Of a stretch of DNA of 64,000 bases, positions 23,618 to 34,532 are shown one piece after another. The notes under the pieces are model-generated. The model saw only the letters and a list, made by a program, of their open reading frames with translations, searched no databases and was not told where the DNA came from. The position numbers and the translations under genes were made by a program. Within the stretch, counting starts at the first letter, position 1, and each line of letters opens with the position of its first letter. The stretch spans positions 14,510,001 to 14,574,000 of the forward strand of contig CM059433.1 in the NCBI GenBank assembly GCA_030390025.1. The letters are read 5' to 3'. Source of the stretch: Squalus acanthias (taxonomy: Eukaryota).

Positions 23618-24360
23618 GGCCCAAAAATTAGTGAGTGAGCCTTCGTGCGAGGGTAAGGCCTTCCCGCGATCTCTCACTGCGCGCTGGCTTTTTCAGTCCG
23701 AGCTCACACGAACTTGATGTTCTGGACAGCAGCTGTACAGGGCTTTCGTATCCCACAGGCGTAGTTAATTCGTGCGAGCTGTGGGATCACGTGACTCAGT
23801 TAGAGCCAATGGCAGCACACCATCTTTCATTCATAGCTTTCACAGCACGGCTGTGAAAGCTATGAATACTATACCCCCCCAAAAGAACAGCTAAACCTCA
23901 ATTAAATTTTTTTTAAAAACCATCACATTAATAAAATAAGTATAGTTAAATAAATTAACCATTTTAAACAAAAAATTAAATTTTGAAAAAATTTAAAATC
24001 TTTTAAAAAGTTATAAAAATAAACTTACCTGTCTTTAAAGTCTCTAAAAAAGATATACCTGTTAAAAAAAATTCAAAATAATACTTAATTAAGTACTTAC
24101 CTTGTTAAAAGAGGGTCTTACACCTCCTTTCTTTATGTCTAAAATCTTCCATGCTTACCTGCGCGTCCAAAGCACTAAGTGCACTGCGTGCGCGCAGCCT
24201 GTAGCGCGCACGCGGTTCACCTAGGAACCGCCCCCTTTTGAAATCACCAAGTGCCGGTTTTCAGCGCATGCGCAGTGCATGCAGAAAACCGGCAATTGGA
24301 GACAGAATACGCGAGAGTACACGGTGCGTACTCTCGCGTAGCGGCACTAATTTTTGGGCC
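23618..24360. mobile_element. Harbinger-type MITE family C
   Basis: Perfect 16-bp TIR GGCCCAAAAATTAGTG / CACTAATTTTTGGGCC, AAT TSD; close homologue of 37491-38235. Confidence 0.92.
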
Positions 24361-24944
24361 AATTACAGTAAAAAGTACAGACAGTTTGTAACAGATAAAA
24401 TCCTATTCACTTGTGGTGGTTTAGTTAATGCATTCTCATTTGGATTGAAATAATTTAGAGCAGTGTCCCTTTAAGGAGTTGGTTTGCATTCTGGAACTCT
24501 CAGTTATCCTTAATTCTGGTCAGTTCAGTCTGTCAACACTCTCCACGTGTAATCTCCTCTTCTCCAGGACTATTAAGCCTCCTCATGACAGCTTCATTCA
24601 CACATTTGTATTAAAAGCAATCTGAAAACCATTTCCATATCTCTAAATCACTTCTGAATTTACCTGGCACTCTGCTATTTGTTAAAGCTCACGCGAGTCT
24701 TATGCTTCTTCACTGAAGAAATCTGATTTTACATCTCCAATCATAAAGTGTGTGTGCAGAGCTCCCCTGATAGCTTTCGTAGATAAACGTGCTGTCCATT
24801 GTGGAACTGAGCTTTATGATTAGGAAAGGCCCCTGTAAAATGCCTGGATAATGCTGAGTTAGGTAACCTTAAAAATGGCGGAGGTAGGAGATCAAAATTA
24901 GCCTGAGTTGAAGGGGAGAGGAGTCACTGTCCAGTTAAGCCTGG

Positions 24945-25080
24945 ACATACGAGAGATACGAATTAGGAGCAGGAGTAGGCCACTCGGCCCCTCGAGCCTG
25001 CTCCGCCATTTAATAAGATCATGGCTGATCTGATTACTCCACATTCCCGCCTACCCCCGATAACCTTTCACCCCCTTGCG
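24945..25080 (-). mobile_element. CR1 LINE 3' tail fragment
   Basis: gaattaggagcaggagtaggccactcggcccctcgagcctgctccgccatt. Confidence 0.85.
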
Positions 25081-25814
25081 AGTCCCGCCTGCTGGAAATG
25101 GACCCCGGGTCAGATGGTTACGACGCACTTTGACGCTGAGCTCGGGCTTTTTGGTCGGAGTCGGTTAATCAGACCTGGTGCAAGGCCAATTTTCATGACG
25201 CTGGTCAATGGTCACTGGAGACTCGATGGTTGGGGAAAAAAAAACTCTCAGCTTCAGCTAGAATTTGCAAATCAAGCGTGGGAAATAAGGAGGAGCAAAA
25301 AGCTTTTATAATCGCGGAAATAACCGAGAGAAAAAAGGAGGACGGTTTTGGAGAGGGAAGAAGAAACAAAGTACTGGCCCCTCAAGCAAATACTGAGAAT
25401 TCACCATGGGAGTTACAACAGATGAATATATCACATAGATAACTGAGAGCAAGAGGACTTCGGGAGATAGAAGCAATTAAAGTTACCTGCATTTTAAGCA
25501 AGTTTTGTAAAGTGATAGGTTATCAGCATGACAAATCATATATCTGTAAGGTCCTCTATCTTTCTTTATGAGTAATGTAATATTTTAACTTTGAGACATA
25601 CATGTAATATTTTATTGTTAAATTTGCATTAAAACGCTATGTGAATCACTGCCATGTTAAGACCCCAAACTACCTGTAAGCAACACCACAAGAGATCTAC
25701 TTGGGGCTGCATATATTAGATTAAATAAGCTCATTTTAGTTGGCCACAGCTCTACAGTTGTATATTGCACAGCACACGAAGGTGGTGAGATGGGGAATGG
25801 AAAATAAAGGACAT

Positions 25815-26974
25815 TGGCCTCAATTTTCACTGTGTGGTGGGGTGGGGGGTAAGGGTGCAGGGGAGCCTGATACCTGGCAACGAACCCAGCAAGGCCAGGA
25901 ACGTGGAGGCCCCGGCCGATCTTAACGGTACTACCTCATTTAAATACCTCTGCAGAGTCCGGCTCGACACCCGGCCAGATTGACTACCTGGACAGTGGGA
26001 TCGTGACTGGGCATCTGGTGGCAGGAGGCCTTGGGGTGGAGATGTCTCTGAGCAAGATTGGGAGAGGTTTGAAGTCTCTAGGCAGGATTGGGAGGGCGGG
26101 GGGGGTGAAGTCTCTGGGCAGGATCGGGAGGGCGGGGGGGGGGTGAAGTCTCTGGGCAGGATCGGGAGGGCGGGGGGGGGTGAAGTCTCTGGGCAGGATC
26201 GGGAGGGCGGGGGGGGTGAAGTCTCTGGGCAGGATCGGGAGGGCGGGGGGGGGTGAAGTCTCTGGGCAGGATCGGGAGGGCGGGGGGGGGGTGAAGTCTT
26301 TGGGCAGGATCGGGAGGGCGGGGGGGGTGAAGTCTCTGGGCAGGATCGGGAGGGCGGGGGGGAAGTCTCTGGGCAGGATCAGGTGGGCGGAGGTGGGGTG
26401 AAGTCTCTGGGCAGGATCGGGAGGGCGGGGGGGGTGAAGTCTCTGGGCAGGATCGGGAGGGCGGGGGGGGGTGAAGTCTCTGGGCAGGATCGGGAGGGCA
26501 GAGGGAATTCTCTGGGCAGGATCGGGAGGGCGGAGGGAAGGATCAGTCAATGTTCGGGAGGGGATAACCCGCTGAAACGAGGTCCAAGGCACACCTGACC
26601 CTGCTGGCCCACAAGGAAACCTAAAATTAAACTTTTAAACTTACCTTCTGGGCCTCTTCTGGCCCAGGCTCCGGCTCGCAGCAGGTTTTACCCGATGGTG
26701 GAGTTGACACTGACCCCCACCCTGCCCCACTCAGGCCTCTGGTTAAAATTACAGATCGAATCCTGATGACGACATCGGACTTGATCTGCATATTTAAAGT
26801 AGGATCCCGCTTCCTTTCCGTGGATGTCCTGCTTGCCTGCTCAAAAAGCAGGTTAATATCGGGACATAGAGGGAAGGCAGCGGGATCAGAGGGGTAAGTG
26901 ACTCGGCTTATTTTAACTGCACCACCGCCCCCCCCGCCCCGTCCGATTTCCCACAGGCGGGGGAGTTTTGCCCC
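25815..26974. mobile_element. Harbinger-like non-autonomous element with internal G-rich minisatellite
   Basis: Termini GGCCTCAATTTT ... GAGTTTTGCCCC (imperfect), GC-rich subterminal regions as in other families here. Confidence 0.55.
26040..26545 (+). repeat. G-rich minisatellite, ~35-39-bp unit GGGGGGGGTGAAGTCTCTGGGCAGGATCGGGAGGGC
   Basis: About 13 tandem copies differing mainly in G-run length. Confidence 0.95.
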
Positions 26975-27473
26975 ACATTGCTGGCCCACATGTCCACCAA
27001 TAGCTTTTCTCTCTTCTAGTATATTAAAAAAAAAATCCCATTGATGGCAGACTTAAACAAACCAGCACAGTCTTTAACTTTGACAGTGGAATATTCTTGT
27101 GGTGGTAAATATTCTGATTTATTACCAGTGATTAATCATTCCCAGTAGTTTTGAGCAAAATGCAGCCTCTGATCTCAAGTGTGCTCATTTCCTTTCAGTA
27201 AATCAATGACGGCATAATTGCTCTCTCAGTGGATTTGATTTGAATGTTAATCGTATGAGAGAATAAGTGGCGACGGATGGTAATCTATAGATTAACAATC
27301 TTTATGTCTGTGCACACTTTCTATCAATTCTTTCCATTATGAATTTCTATGCCCACATTTATAATAGGAACTGCTTATGTAAAGTTGTCACCATGTAAAG
27401 TAGCGGCAGTGTCGCATCTCAGATTGGCATATCCCAGTTTCTCAGCCTTCACAGCAGAGAAACTCTTACATCC

Positions 27474-27883
27474 AAAGAGAAAATGCAGGAAATACTCAGC
27501 CGTCAGCCAGCATCTGTGGAGAGTTAACGTTTCAGGTCGATGGCCTTTCGTCAGAACTGGAAGAAGTTAGAGATGGAACAGGTTTTTAAACAAGTGCAGG
27601 GGCAGGGAAAGGGGGGCAGGAGGAAAGAACAAAAGGGAAGGTCTGTGACAGGGCGGAAGGCAGCAGAGATTAACAGACAAAAGGGATAATAGTGCAAGGC
27701 AAAAGGAGATGGTAATGAGACAAGTAAAGAAACAAAAGATGGGTCCAGAGGAGATGTAAATGGAAGAGCAGAACCATTACCAGCAGTTGCTGTCCGAAAA
27801 AATGGGAGCGGTGGTTATGATCGGAAATTGTTGAATTCGATGTTAAGTCCGGAAGGCTGTAAAGTCTCATCGACCTGAAATGT
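27474..27883 (-). mobile_element. Penelope-like element fragment, second family
   Basis: Left end aaatgcaggaaatactcagc...gttaacgtttcaggtcgatg; partial inverted copy catcgacctgaaatgtt at the right end; relatives at 47896, 51420, 60213. Confidence 0.7.
27522..27558 (-). ncRNA. Minimal type I hammerhead ribozyme, second family
   Basis: Reverse complement AGUU-CUGACGA-A-AGG-CCAUCGA-CCU-GAAA-CGUU-AACU: intact core, stem I AGUU/AACU, palindromic ACGU. Confidence 0.7.
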
Positions 27884-28736
27884 TGGCCCCGATATCAACT
27901 CTGAGCAGGGTGAAGGTGGGGAGGGGGATCTGATATTGTGTGAGAAACCGAAGTAATTTCAGTGAGTCTGTCTGTGGCATTTTAATGCAGCCACCTCATT
28001 ATCATTTGACTTCTGGGTTTGGCGTCGAATGCGTGGCAGCGGGCGTGTTGTGGACCTGCATGACGCAATCTCAACTGGTGTACTTAAAGGGCCAATCCAA
28101 AGGTGGAATTTGGAGGAATTGGGAGGTTTGGCACAATAACAGCAATTGCAGAATATGGACTCAGGACGCCTCCCTTGATGTGCTGCTGGGGTCAGTGAGG
28201 TGTCGGAGAGAGATAATCTTCCCCAAAAACGGGAGGAAGAAGCCTGGTGCTGCTTCAAAGAAAGCGTGGCTGGAGGTGGCCCAGGAGGTCAGCAGCAGGA
28301 GCATTGTAGCCCACTCCTGGATTCAGTGCAGGAAGTGCTTTAATGACCTCACCAGGTCAGGAAAGGTGACTACAGTTGCATATTCACCAACATTCTGTTG
28401 TGTTCATCACCCCCCGCACTCTGCCATGTCAAGCCTACTCCATAACATTTCTCTTCACAGCCACTTACCTTACAAGCGCAACCATCCTTCTCTTTCTATG
28501 TACTCACATCTCCAGCAATCCATCCACCACTGCCACTCACCCTCATCCTTATGCAATTTGATGCCTCTCCCTGATAGTCACCATCAACAAATGCACTGCA
28601 TCCGTCAGGTGAATACATGCCATTACAGTCACTCATAGGCCTGTTCTTTCCCTCGTTGCAGGAGAGAAGAGCGCAAAACATAAGGGAGAGGGAGAGAACC
28701 GGAGGTGATCTCCACAGATCTCGCAGCTGACAACTG

Positions 28737-30643
28737 TGAAGGGATAATTACTAGTCCTAGCCCCTTTAGGGCTACCCCAGATCAGGCGTATTCCCCAGAC
28801 GTTCACTTTCAACTAAAGTTTGAGGTAGCCGAATCCTAAAGATGCTTAATTGGGTCTAAAGGTCTGGACCATCTCTCCCTAAAGGAAAGGAACAACCTGA
28901 AGATGTTACCGACCTCCAGATAGCACTTTTAATAAGTTTAGCTAGACTGTAACCTTCGGATATATGAGGGTCCAGAAAACTCCCTCAGAATTCTGCAACT
29001 CCTCACCAAAGAGCGTACAGAGATTGAGTTTGTGAGTTTGATACAGAAGTATTATTTGAGACAATTCTAAAAATATATAGATTTATTAAAGAACCGACAT
29101 GTAATTACAGTAGGTGTTTCAATCGCAACATTAACAGTTTCAAAAAGAGAAAGCTTTCAATTCTTATCATTAGATCTTAACTTCTCTACAGTTTAACAGT
29201 TCTTAGTCTTTTTCTAAGATATCCACCAAAATCAAATACAGTACCGTTGATCCCCGAGATACAAAGGGCTGGATTTTATCAATGGAGGCGAGCAGGAGGT
29301 GGGACTCCCACTTTTGGGGTTGTAGTTCCGCCTCCATCGAGTTGTGGCCAACCCACTCGATTTTCCCTTGATTGACCTTGTTGAGCCCACCCAGCCGGCT
29401 CAGCAGGCCAATTAAGGGCCACCCGGCAACAGGTGATGCCACAGATTGACATTTCATCTGTCAAGAGCTTTTGACAGATGAAATATCAGCATTTGACAGC
29501 TCTTTGAAGCTGTCAAACACTGACAATCTGTCCTCTAAGTTAATTCCTTCCTCTCAGTCTGATTTAGAGATCTCTGCAGAACAAAAAGCAGAGGCTGCAG
29601 CTTTTGACAGCTCAACGGCCATTCTGCTTTCTGTGCCGGTGAGATTTCTGACTCCCGAGACCTGAAGGGCTGACACCTGCAGGAGGAAGTTAAGGTAAGT
29701 AAAACTTTTTTCCACACTTTACACTTACCTTACACACTTACCTCTGCACACATGCACCCATCACTCACCTGCCCACCGGACATATCGACCCCTCCAACCC
29801 CTGCAGACCCACGGTCTGCCTCGCTAAAACGGCGTGGTTTGGAGCCGTCGGGTAGCCCACACTTTAGGGCTAAAAATAGGGATTAGGCAACAAACTGCCT
29901 GTTAACTACCTGTTAACAGGCACTTAATTGTCACTAATCTCCTTCCCGCCTCGGGGAGGCGGCTCCCAGCACAGGTCGGGTACCTGCCTCCAGCGAGTTG
30001 GGGGCGGGATGGGTTCTGGATCCCCGAATCTGCTATTTTCCCACCCCACACGCCTCCAAACCCGCCTCCACGGGTCAATGAAAATTCTGCCCAAAGAGTT
30101 GTAGACTTACAGAGCCTGCCTCTGAAGCCGAGAATTGCTTTGCCCCTTTACAGTGAGACTATCATCCCATTTGAAAGTTCAATATTTATATCCTTTTTCA
30201 GTGGTATTTCCTTTGAAGTTTTCTGCTGATGTAAGCTAATTATCTCTAGTCATTTTTCTGCTGACCCCTGCTATTCTTACAGTCAGATCAGCTCACCATA
30301 AAAAACGGTGAAACAGCAGGTGCATCTATTTGATGTCATCTTTACGAAGGCATATGTTTGTGCCTTTTTACGAAGTGTAAATTAGAACACCTCTACCAGG
30401 GTGAACCATTGTCTTGTTTCAAAGATTCAGACTGTCGGGAGCCTCCAACCTTCTGTTTCAACAAGGTTATTGATTTAGTGTCAACAACCATCCCATCCCC
30501 ATAGCCAGAATGCTGTTAACAATACAACTTCTCCATTTTTAGGTTTTTAGATTTCCAAACCCAGTTTGTCATGTTTTAATAAAGCCAGAATTCTTTCATA
30601 GAATGGTGTATTTTTCTGAATAGGTATATTGTTTATTCCTTCA
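28737..30643 (-). mobile_element. Solo LTR (ERV or LTR retrotransposon), ~1.08 kb after removing the nested MITE
   Basis: TGAAGGGATAA ... TTATTCCTTCA termini (TG..CA, 10/11 inverted match), 6-bp TSD CAACTG (28731-28736, 30644-30649); minus-strand TATAAAT near 30185-30191 and AATAAA near 29082-29087. Confidence 0.8.
29266..30092 (+). mobile_element. Harbinger-type MITE family B nested in the LTR
   Basis: GGGCTGGATTTT / AAAATTCTGCCC, AAA TSD. Confidence 0.9.
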
Positions 30644-31097
30644 CAACTGCAGAGGAGGAACCACTGGAGATCAGTAGCATCTTGGCATCCCTGACCATCG
30701 GAGATGGGGACCTCACAGCTACATATGACAGAATTCAAAATTATCGATCCACATGTCATACAATACTCAATCATGTTGACTTGATTTTTAACAGCGAGCA
30801 AAATATGATCATCTTCATAATGATAAGTTGCAACCTTCTTACCTTGCCAGAACTAATTCATATCTTTTCTCTCTGCCAGGGCCTTCACGTGTGTAGCAGC
30901 TGTTGCTGAACTCATGGACGACGAATCCTCAGAGGAGCTGATTCCTTCTGAGGGTGCACCGTCACAGGGTTCGTGTTTACCGTGCACCAACTCAGATACT
31001 CGCACATCGGTGGGTCCAGTTAGACAGTTAGTTGGGTGTTCACCTGGTGACTCACAGTTCACAAGTGAGCAAGAGCAGACAGTGGTGGCAGGGACAA

Positions 31098-31666
31098 CCT
31101 TACAGCTATCGGGGAATCACTGGCATCCCGGGCAGCAATGTGAGTGGCTGGTGTGGCGTTGGGGTCACCAACTTCCTCCTCCTCCTCTTTCTGTTCCTCC
31201 TGCTCCTCAGGTTTGTCCGCAAACAATGTGAGCTCAGCGCCTTGTTCCTCCTGCAGCTCCAATCCTCGCTGCGGCGTAATGTTGTGTAGAGCGCAGCACT
31301 CCACGATCGTTCTGGAGACCCTCGTTGGCGAGTACTGAAGGGCGCCTCCAGATCTGTCCGGACAACTGAAGTGCATCTTGAGCATGCCAGTCGCTTGGTC
31401 AATGACGCATCTGATCGTCATATGGCGGTCGTTGTACAGCTCTTGGGCTTAATTGGTTGGGTTCATCACGAGTGGCATCAGCCAAGTTTGAAGGGGCTAT
31501 ACGTTGTCTCCTAGCAGCCACCCCTTAAGTCTTCTTGCAGGTCCAAAGAGCTAAGGGACCTTGGACTGCCGTAGGATGAAAGCATCATGGCAACGCCCCA
31601 GGAATCTGGCGCACACCTGCATAAACCTTTTCTCCTTGTTGCACAACAGCTACGCATTGATAGGGC
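31098..31666 (-). pseudogene. HARBI1-like (DDE_Tnp_4) transposase C-terminal remnant
   Basis: HDAFILR...GWLLGD...WLM...RCVIDQATGMLKMHFSCPDRSGGALQYSPTRVSRTIVECCALHN followed by an acidic tail; contains stops. Confidence 0.88.
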
Positions 31667-31738
31667 TGGCAATTATGTCAACTTCAATATGATGACACCA
31701 GTCACAATGAGGGGGTGCTCGGACTTTCATCTCTGGCT

Positions 31739-32040
31739 GGCTTCCCACAGCTGCAGGCTGTCATCGACTGCACACACGTGGCAATCCAGGCATGGCCAGA
31801 TCAGCCAGGAGTATTGGTAAACCTCAAGGGGTTCCACTCTATCAAGGTGTAGCTGTTGTGCAACAAGGAGAAAAGGTTTATGCAGGTGTGCGCCAGATTC
31901 CTGGGGCGCTGCCATGATGCTTTCATCCTGCGGTAGTCCAAGGTCCCTCAGCTGTTTGGACCTGCAAGAAGACCTAAGGGGTGGCTGCTAGGAGACAAAG
32001 TATACCCCCTTCAAACTTGGCTGATGCCACCCATGATGGA
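31739..32040 (+). pseudogene. HARBI1-like transposase catalytic core remnant, inverted copy
   Basis: GFPQLQAVIDCTHVAI...VNLKGFHSIKV*...ARFLGRCHDAFILR*...[18 protein letters not shown]. Confidence 0.88.
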
Positions 32041-32171
32041 CCATGGAGCCGTAGAATGAAGCCATTTGGCCCATTGTGTCTGTGCCAGCCCTTTGCTAGA
32101 TCAGTCCAAAACTTATTCCACTGTGCTGCTCGTTCCCCATAGTCCTGTAGCTTCTACTGATTAAACTATCT

Positions 32172-33053
32172 GGGGGGAAAAATTTGGTTGGTTTGCGCCT
32201 CCCATTAGCGCCTTAAGAGGGCGCTAATGTGGCGCAAAGCAACTAGCGCCCGGGCGCGGAGATGTTTGCGGTGCTCGCAAAATTGACCAGACATTTTGCG
32301 GCAGCGCTAAACACTACTGCCACGATCTCCTGCGCCCGCAGATCGTGACGTCAGTCGAGCATGCAACGCCCCGGACCGGATATTGAGTGGCGCCCCCTGC
32401 CTTACCGCCTGCTGCTACCAACAACAGGTTGAGGGGAGCGTTTTGCAGTCGGGAAGGGACTGGGGGAGTGCTATTTAAAGGCGACCGCTTCCTGCCCTTT
32501 TATGTCGGTGACATTTTTGCACCACGCATTCTGAGAGAGAGAGAGAGACTGCAGGAGAGATTCAATTTGCTGTGCTGAGGAGTTTTGGGTACTGACAGCA
32601 CTTTGCAGGTTCATTTTGATTTGATCTTCCTTGCATTGATTTAGAAGAGACTATGGGGGCTGCACCCTCAGCTCTTTCCCTGACCCTCTCCATTGTTCTT
32701 TCCAGCAGATTTGATGTACAGGTCTCTCCAGGCCGAGATTCAAGGCTGCAATGAGCAGGGTGTGGATGGAATGCAAGATCGACCCTCCCCTTTAAGAACT
32801 GGCCGTCGCCAGTGTGTCTGTGTTCCATTGCTGACTGACATCACATGAGCTTCGCCAGCGCTCTGAGGTAGCGCCTCACTCCTCGGCGTTAGCGCCTTAA
32901 GAGAGGTGTGTAGTGCCTGATTTAGCGCTCCAATCACCTCCGGGGCGATAGAAGCCAAGTTTGCAGTCGGAGGCAATAATTAGTGCCAGGCGCTAAACTT
33001 TGCGCCCGGCCGATAATTGCGCCCCAAATGGGGCGATACCGAATTTCTCCCCC
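32172..33053. mobile_element. Harbinger-type non-autonomous element family D, copy 1
   Basis: GGGGGAAAAATT / AATTTCTCCCCC TIRs; closely similar along its full length to 33637-34532; inserted in an old CR1 tail (32050-33330). Confidence 0.85.
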
Positions 33054-33512
33054 TTTATCTACTCTTCCTTTAAAATATGAAATCATCTCTGCCTCAACTA
33101 CTTCCTGTGACAAGTATTCCAAGCTCTAGCAACTGTTTGCACAAAGAATTTTCTCCTAAGCTCTCTCATGTTCATGGTCTCAATTTAAATGGATGACCGC
33201 TTGTCATTAACTTCCAAACCAGAGAATATAGTCTTTCCCTATTCACCCATTTAAAACACTTCTTAATTAAAAAAAAAACTTCTATTAAGTTTCATCAGCC
33301 TTCTCTGCTCCAATGGAAATAGTCTCAGTATCTAAATGGAAGTTACCCTATCTGAGATGCTCGGAAGAAGACTAATAAAGGGATGCCAGGCAGGTCAGGC
33401 TAGTCTGCATTCAGCTGCCAATACTTGCATCTGCAGACAGAGGTAACCAGATCTCACTTTGGCAGACAATTAGTGCATGTAAAGGCTCTAACTCCCAAGG
33501 TACGTTGTGACA

Positions 33513-33631
33513 AGAAAGAAAGAAAGACAAAGAAAGAAAGAACAAAAGAAGGAAAGACAGACAGAAAGAAAGAAGGAAAGCAAGAAAGAAAGAACAAAAA
33601 AAGAAAGAAAGAACGAAAGAACGAAAGAAAG
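33513..33631 (+). repeat. (AAAG)n-like microsatellite
   Basis: Degenerate AAAG/AAGA tandem run. Confidence 0.9.
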
Positions 33632-33636
33632 ACTTT

Positions 33637-34532
33637 GGGGGAAAAATTCAGTTGCTTTGCGCCTCCCGTTAGTGCCCTAAGAGGGCGCAAATGGGTCGCA
33701 AAGCAACTAGCGCCCGGGCGCGGCGATGTTTGTGCTGCTCGCGAAATTGACCAGACATTTTGTGGCGACGCTAAACACTACCGCCACGATCTCCTGCGCC
33801 CGCAGATCGTGACGTCAGTCGAGCGTGCAAAACCCCGGTTGCACCCCGGACCGGATATTGAGTGACGCCCCCTGCCTTACCGCCTGCCACTAGCAACGAC
33901 AGGTTGAGGGGAGCGTTTTGTAGTCGCGAAGGGACTGGGGGAGCGCTATTTAAAGGTGACCGCTTCCTGCCTTGTTTTGTCAGCGATATTTTTACACCAC
34001 GCATTCTGAGAGAGAGAGAGAGAGAGACTTCTGGAGAGATTCAGCGCTGTGTGAAGGAGTTTTGGGTACTGAACAGCACTTTGCAGGTTCATTTTGATTT
34101 GATCTTCCTTGGATCGATTTAGAAGAGACTTGGGGGGCTGCACTCTGAGCTCTTTCCCTGGGCCTCTCCATTGTTCTTTCCAGCAGATTTGATGTACAGG
34201 TCTCTCCAGGCCGAGATTCAAGGCTGCAATGAGCAGGGTGTGGATGGAGAGCAAGATCAACCCTCCCCTTTAAGAACTGGCCGGCGCCAGTGTGTCTGTG
34301 TTCCATTGCTGACTGACATCACAAGAGCTTCGCCAGCACTCTGAGGTAGCGTCTCGCTCCTCGGCATTAACGCCTTAAGAGAGGAATGTAGCGCCTGATT
34401 TAGCGCTCCAATCACCTCCAGGGGCGATGGAAGACAAGTTTGCCGTCGGAGGCAATAATTAGAGCCAGGTGCTAAACTTTGTGCCCGGCCGATAATTGTG
34501 CCCCAAATGGGGCGATACCGTATTTCTCCCCC
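33637..34532. mobile_element. Harbinger-type non-autonomous element family D, copy 2
   Basis: GGGGGAAAAATT / TATTTCTCCCCC; same orientation as copy 1. Confidence 0.85.

Larger units (their letters stand above)
27884..32040 (+). mobile_element. Rearranged two-gene Harbinger transposon relic (Myb/SANT gene plus DDE transposase), interrupted by a solo LTR
   Basis: Myb exon DASLDVLLGSVRCRREIIFP...KKAWLEVAQEVSSRS...WIQCRKCFNDLTRSGK|GT; exon 2 from ~28662 split by the LTR; exon 3 ~30880-31097 homologous to 4175 onward; convergent transposase remnant follows. Confidence 0.85.

Noticed and set aside
25984..26598. Repetitive Pro-rich and Gly-rich ORFs (also 61690-62384 and 2217-2646)
   Set aside because: Translations of minisatellites and microsatellites that lack stop codons.
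31098..32040. Host gene HARBI1
   Set aside because: Multiple stops, a rearrangement and linkage to a Myb remnant indicate a dead transposon, not the domesticated gene.
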